From assembly GCA_041671325.1 (NCBI GenBank), contig JBAZBR010000003.1, positions 132,506 through 196,505 on the forward strand: a DNA stretch of 64,000 bases, in the 5' to 3' direction. Source of the stretch: Patescibacteria group bacterium. Its GTDB lineage: Bacteria; Patescibacteriota; Patescibacteriia; PEXW01. Below, one piece after another: positions 61,991 through 64,000 of the stretch; position 1 is the stretch's first letter, and each line of letters begins with the position of its first letter. The notes beneath the pieces were generated by a model. The model did no database searches and was not told the DNA's origin. It saw nothing but the letters and a program-made list of their open reading frames with translations. The position numbers were made by a program, and so were the translations under genes.

Positions 61991-64000
61991 ATGGGTAGCA
62001 ACAAATACCAGCCGGAAAAGCTGGAAAATAAATGGCAGCAGGCTTGGTTGAAAGCGAAAATTTTCCAAGCCAAAGATTTTCCGAAAATGAAAAAGCATTA
62101 CGTTTTGGATATGTTCCCATATCCTTCAGCCGAGGGTTTGCATGTCGGCCATCCAGAAGGCTATACGGCTTCAGATATTTTTGCCCGATATTTGAAGATG
62201 AATGGCTTTGAAGTCCTGCACCCCATGGGTTGGGATGCTTTTGGCTTGCCCGCGGAAAATTACGCTATCAGAACCGGCACCCAGCCCGAAGCCACCACGC
62301 AGAAAAATATTAAGAATTTCAAGCGCCAAATCCAGTCCTTAGGCTTTGCCTATGATTGGTCCAGGGAAATAAACACCACCGATCCTGAATATTACAAGTG
62401 GACCCAGTGGATATTCTTGAAATTATTTGAAGCAGGTTTGGCTTATGAAGCTTTTGCGCCCATCAACTGGTGCCCGAAAGATAAGACTGGCTTAGCTAAT
62501 GAGGAAGTGGTTAACGGTAAGTGTGAAAGGTGCGGGACAGAAGTGGTGAAAAAAAATATCCGCCAATGGCTGGTAAAAATTACGGACAGGAAATATATAG
62601 ATCGCTTATTATCGGGTTTAGAAAAATTGGATTGGCCAGAATCCATAAAGTCACTCCAGAAAAATTGGATTGGTAAAAGTGAAGGAGCGACTGTGAGTTT
62701 TTCTGTCATTGCGAGGAGCGAAGCGACGACCTGCCCGCCGAACTCGCTATGGCGAGGCAGGCGGGAACAATCCCGCATTAATAATGAGATTGCCACGCCC
62801 CTTGGTAAGCTCGGGGCTCGCAATGACACAATAGAAGTCTTTACCACTCGGCCGGATACGCTTTTTGGCGCCACTTATTTGGTTTTATCGCCCGAACATC
62901 CATTAGTAGATGAAATTACCGCTCCTATGCAGAAGAAAGCGGTTGAGGATTATAAACTTCAAGCTAGTAAAAAATCAGACTTGGATAGGACAGACTTGGC
63001 TAAAGAAAAGACTGGGGTTTTTACCGGGGCTTATGCTATTAATCCGGTCAATAACAAAAAAATCCCAATCTGGATTGCGGATTATGTTTTAGCATCTTAT
63101 GGTACAGGCGCCATTATGGCTGTGCCCGCGCATGATGAACGGGATTTTGAGTTCGCCAAGAAATATAAATTACCGATTGTTAAAGTCATTGAACCACCCA
63201 AGGTGATGCCTAAACGGACTCTGGAATCGTTTGCTTCTTCAGGGGCGGCCGGTCATCTGCAAGGCGATATTGAAAGTGATTGTTGGATTGGTGGCGGAGT
63301 AATGGTCAATTCCGGGAAATACGATGGAATGGACTCTTTAAAATTTAGCAAAGTAATTACTGATTGGTTGGAAAAAAATGATAAAGGCCACCAGGCAGTC
63401 CAATACAAGCTTCGTGACTGGGTTTTTTCCAGGCAAAGGTATTGGGGCGAGCCCATCCCCATTATCCATTGCGAAAAATGCAAAACAGACGTGGAACTGA
63501 ATGCTTATGAAATACACTTTTATAATCAAGAATCTTGGGACATGATCATGTCTGGAGAAAAAACCGTTGAAACCCGGGCTTTAAACCCTGATGAAAAATT
63601 AAAATATTTTGGCAATATAAAAAAAGGCAATTTTTTAAGAGCGGTCAATAAACAGACAAAACAAGTCCAATTTTTAGAAGTTTTAGAAGCAAAAGCATTT
63701 GCTAGTTTGGAAGAACTTTTCAAACGTCCTATTTTAATCAAGCAGATTTATCCTAAAATCAGCATTAAAACCTTAAAAGATTTAAAACAAGCCTTTAGTT
63801 TTACGCCAGAATATGTGGACCGTATCCAAAGACATGGTTTGATTGCCTGGAAAATAAAGAAAATCCAGCCTGGCTTGATTGCTGTACCGGAAAAAGATTT
63901 GCCCTTGGAATTGCCAAGGGTAAAAGCATACCAACCCACTGGTACGGGCGAATCCCCTTTGGCTTCAATTGAAAAATGGGTGAAAACAAAATGCCCCAAG
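61991..64000 (+). CDS. leuS: Leucine--tRNA ligase, 5' portion; continues beyond the window end
   Basis: [15 protein letters not shown]...[25 protein letters not shown] (HIGH-type motif), ...[22 protein letters not shown], ...CEKCKTDVE. Not in the ORF track because there is no stop codon inside the window. Confidence 0.85.
   Translation, partial: MGSNKYQPEKLENKWQQAWLKAKIFQAKDFPKMKKHYVLDMFPYPSAEGLHVGHPEGYTASDIFARYLKMNGFEVLHPMGWDAFGLPAENYAIRTGTQPEATTQKNIKNFKRQIQSLGFAYDWSREINTTDPEYYKWTQWIFLKLFEAGLAYEAFAPINWCPKDKTGLANEEVVNGKCERCGTEVVKKNIRQWLVKITDRKYIDRLLSGLEKLDWPESIKSLQKNWIGKSEGATVSFSVIARSEATTCPPNSLWRGRREQSRINNEIATPLGKLGARNDTIEVFTTRPDTLFGATYLVLSPEHPLVDEITAPMQKKAVEDYKLQASKKSDLDRTDLAKEKTGVFTGAYAINPVNNKKIPIWIADYVLASYGTGAIMAVPAHDERDFEFAKKYKLPIVKVIEPPKVMPKRTLESFASSGAAGHLQGDIESDCWIGGGVMVNSGKYDGMDSLKFSKVITDWLEKNDKGHQAVQYKLRDWVFSRQRYWGEPIPIIHCEKCKTDVELNAYEIHFYNQESWDMIMSGEKTVETRALNPDEKLKYFGNIKKGNFLRAVNKQTKQVQFLEVLEAKAFASLEELFKRPILIKQIYPKISIKTLKDLKQAFSFTPEYVDRIQRHGLIAWKIKKIQPGLIAVPEKDLPLELPRVKAYQPTGTGESPLASIEKWVKTKCPK
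62704..62828. repeat. Palindromic element (RPE/MITE-like), copy 4, inserted in-frame within leuS: termini TGTCATTGCGAG...CTCGCAATGACA
   Basis: Perfect 12-bp terminal inverted repeats. Internal GC hairpins CCTGCCCGCC.../...GCAGGCGGG. No stop codon in the leuS frame across it. Adds ~35-40 residues between ...GATVSF and [10 protein letters not shown], relative to other LeuS proteins. Confidence 0.65.

Noticed and set aside
1-64000. CRISPR arrays, rRNA genes
   Set aside because: No array of regularly spaced short direct repeats and no rRNA-like conserved blocks were seen anywhere in the window.

Overview
The window is AT-rich bacterial DNA. Gene content suggests a small-genome, possibly Patescibacteria/CPR-like organism (inference only): three paralogous TrmB-like regulators, giant surface proteins, many ORFans. 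Most genes are on the + strand, with a few higher-GC blocks that look acquired.

Order along the window:
(1) 1-300: 5' end of infB (minus strand), a Cys/His-rich repeat protein, a degenerate DAGK-like protein and a bactofilin.
(2) 3.2-6.5 kb: tRNA-Arg(CCT) whose 3' end is occupied by a ~3.2-kb insertion carrying a large serine recombinase. The insertion is built from two nested pairs of perfect long inverted repeats (76 bp and 92 bp). Its cargo is an XRE regulator plus two membrane proteins. It is bounded by a duplicated 7-nt tRNA-3'-end core, GCACCAC.
(3) 6.5-8.2 kb: a 1.7-kb gene-free tract with two tRNA-Ala genes (CGC and GGC). Each is preceded by a ~115-bp palindromic module (core TTCCACGTGGAA) and followed by a diverged GC-rich trailer that begins with a tRNA-3'-end-like CCACCACG. 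The tract is studded with CCCC-AT-palindrome-GGGG mini-hairpins, and a partial tRNA-Ala 5' fragment is interrupted by perfect GC hairpins.
(4) 8-22.5 kb: housekeeping and ORFan genes: trxA, trxB, gdh, a pgsA-like gene, an MBL hydrolase, a GNAT protein, an 1108-aa acidic ORFan, and the three TrmB paralogs.
(5) 22.7-29.7 kb: a consensus sigma70-type promoter and ~500 nt of non-coding hairpin-rich sequence. It leads into a compositionally distinct GC-rich island of seven ORFan genes. The genes are separated by a repeated terminator / operator-palindrome / promoter / 5'-UTR-hairpin module, with compensatory changes in the stems. The island also has ~127-bp direct repeats and a ~70-nt structured RNA element present twice with covarying inner stems.
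(6) 30-33 kb: ddl, a DUF559 protein and a YjbQ protein, separated by a REP-like GC-rich element family (E1-E5).
(7) 33.6-50.5 kb: a cell-surface locus. It holds a 2908-aa repeat-rich giant protein preceded by a 21-bp perfect inverted-repeat pair (candidate invertible switch). Next is a 362-aa secreted protein that shares the giant protein's C-terminal motif, then a DUF916-like anchored protein. These are followed by a dockerin-bearing secreted protein and three tandem membrane-anchored proteins with cohesin-like N-terminal domains.
(8) 51-64 kb: an ABC transporter, a DksA/TraR-like protein, lspA, comM/yifB, a histidine kinase, a membrane protein, a dual-REC response regulator, an M23/LysM peptidase, a radical SAM (MoaA-like) protein, a NUDIX protein, and the 5' part of leuS.

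A family of ~105-125-bp palindromic elements with termini TGTCAT...ATGAC occurs four times. Three copies sit immediately after stop codons. One is inserted in-frame inside leuS, analogous to Rickettsia palindromic elements (RPEs).

No CRISPR array or rRNA was seen. All functional calls are from visible sequence motifs, not database searches.
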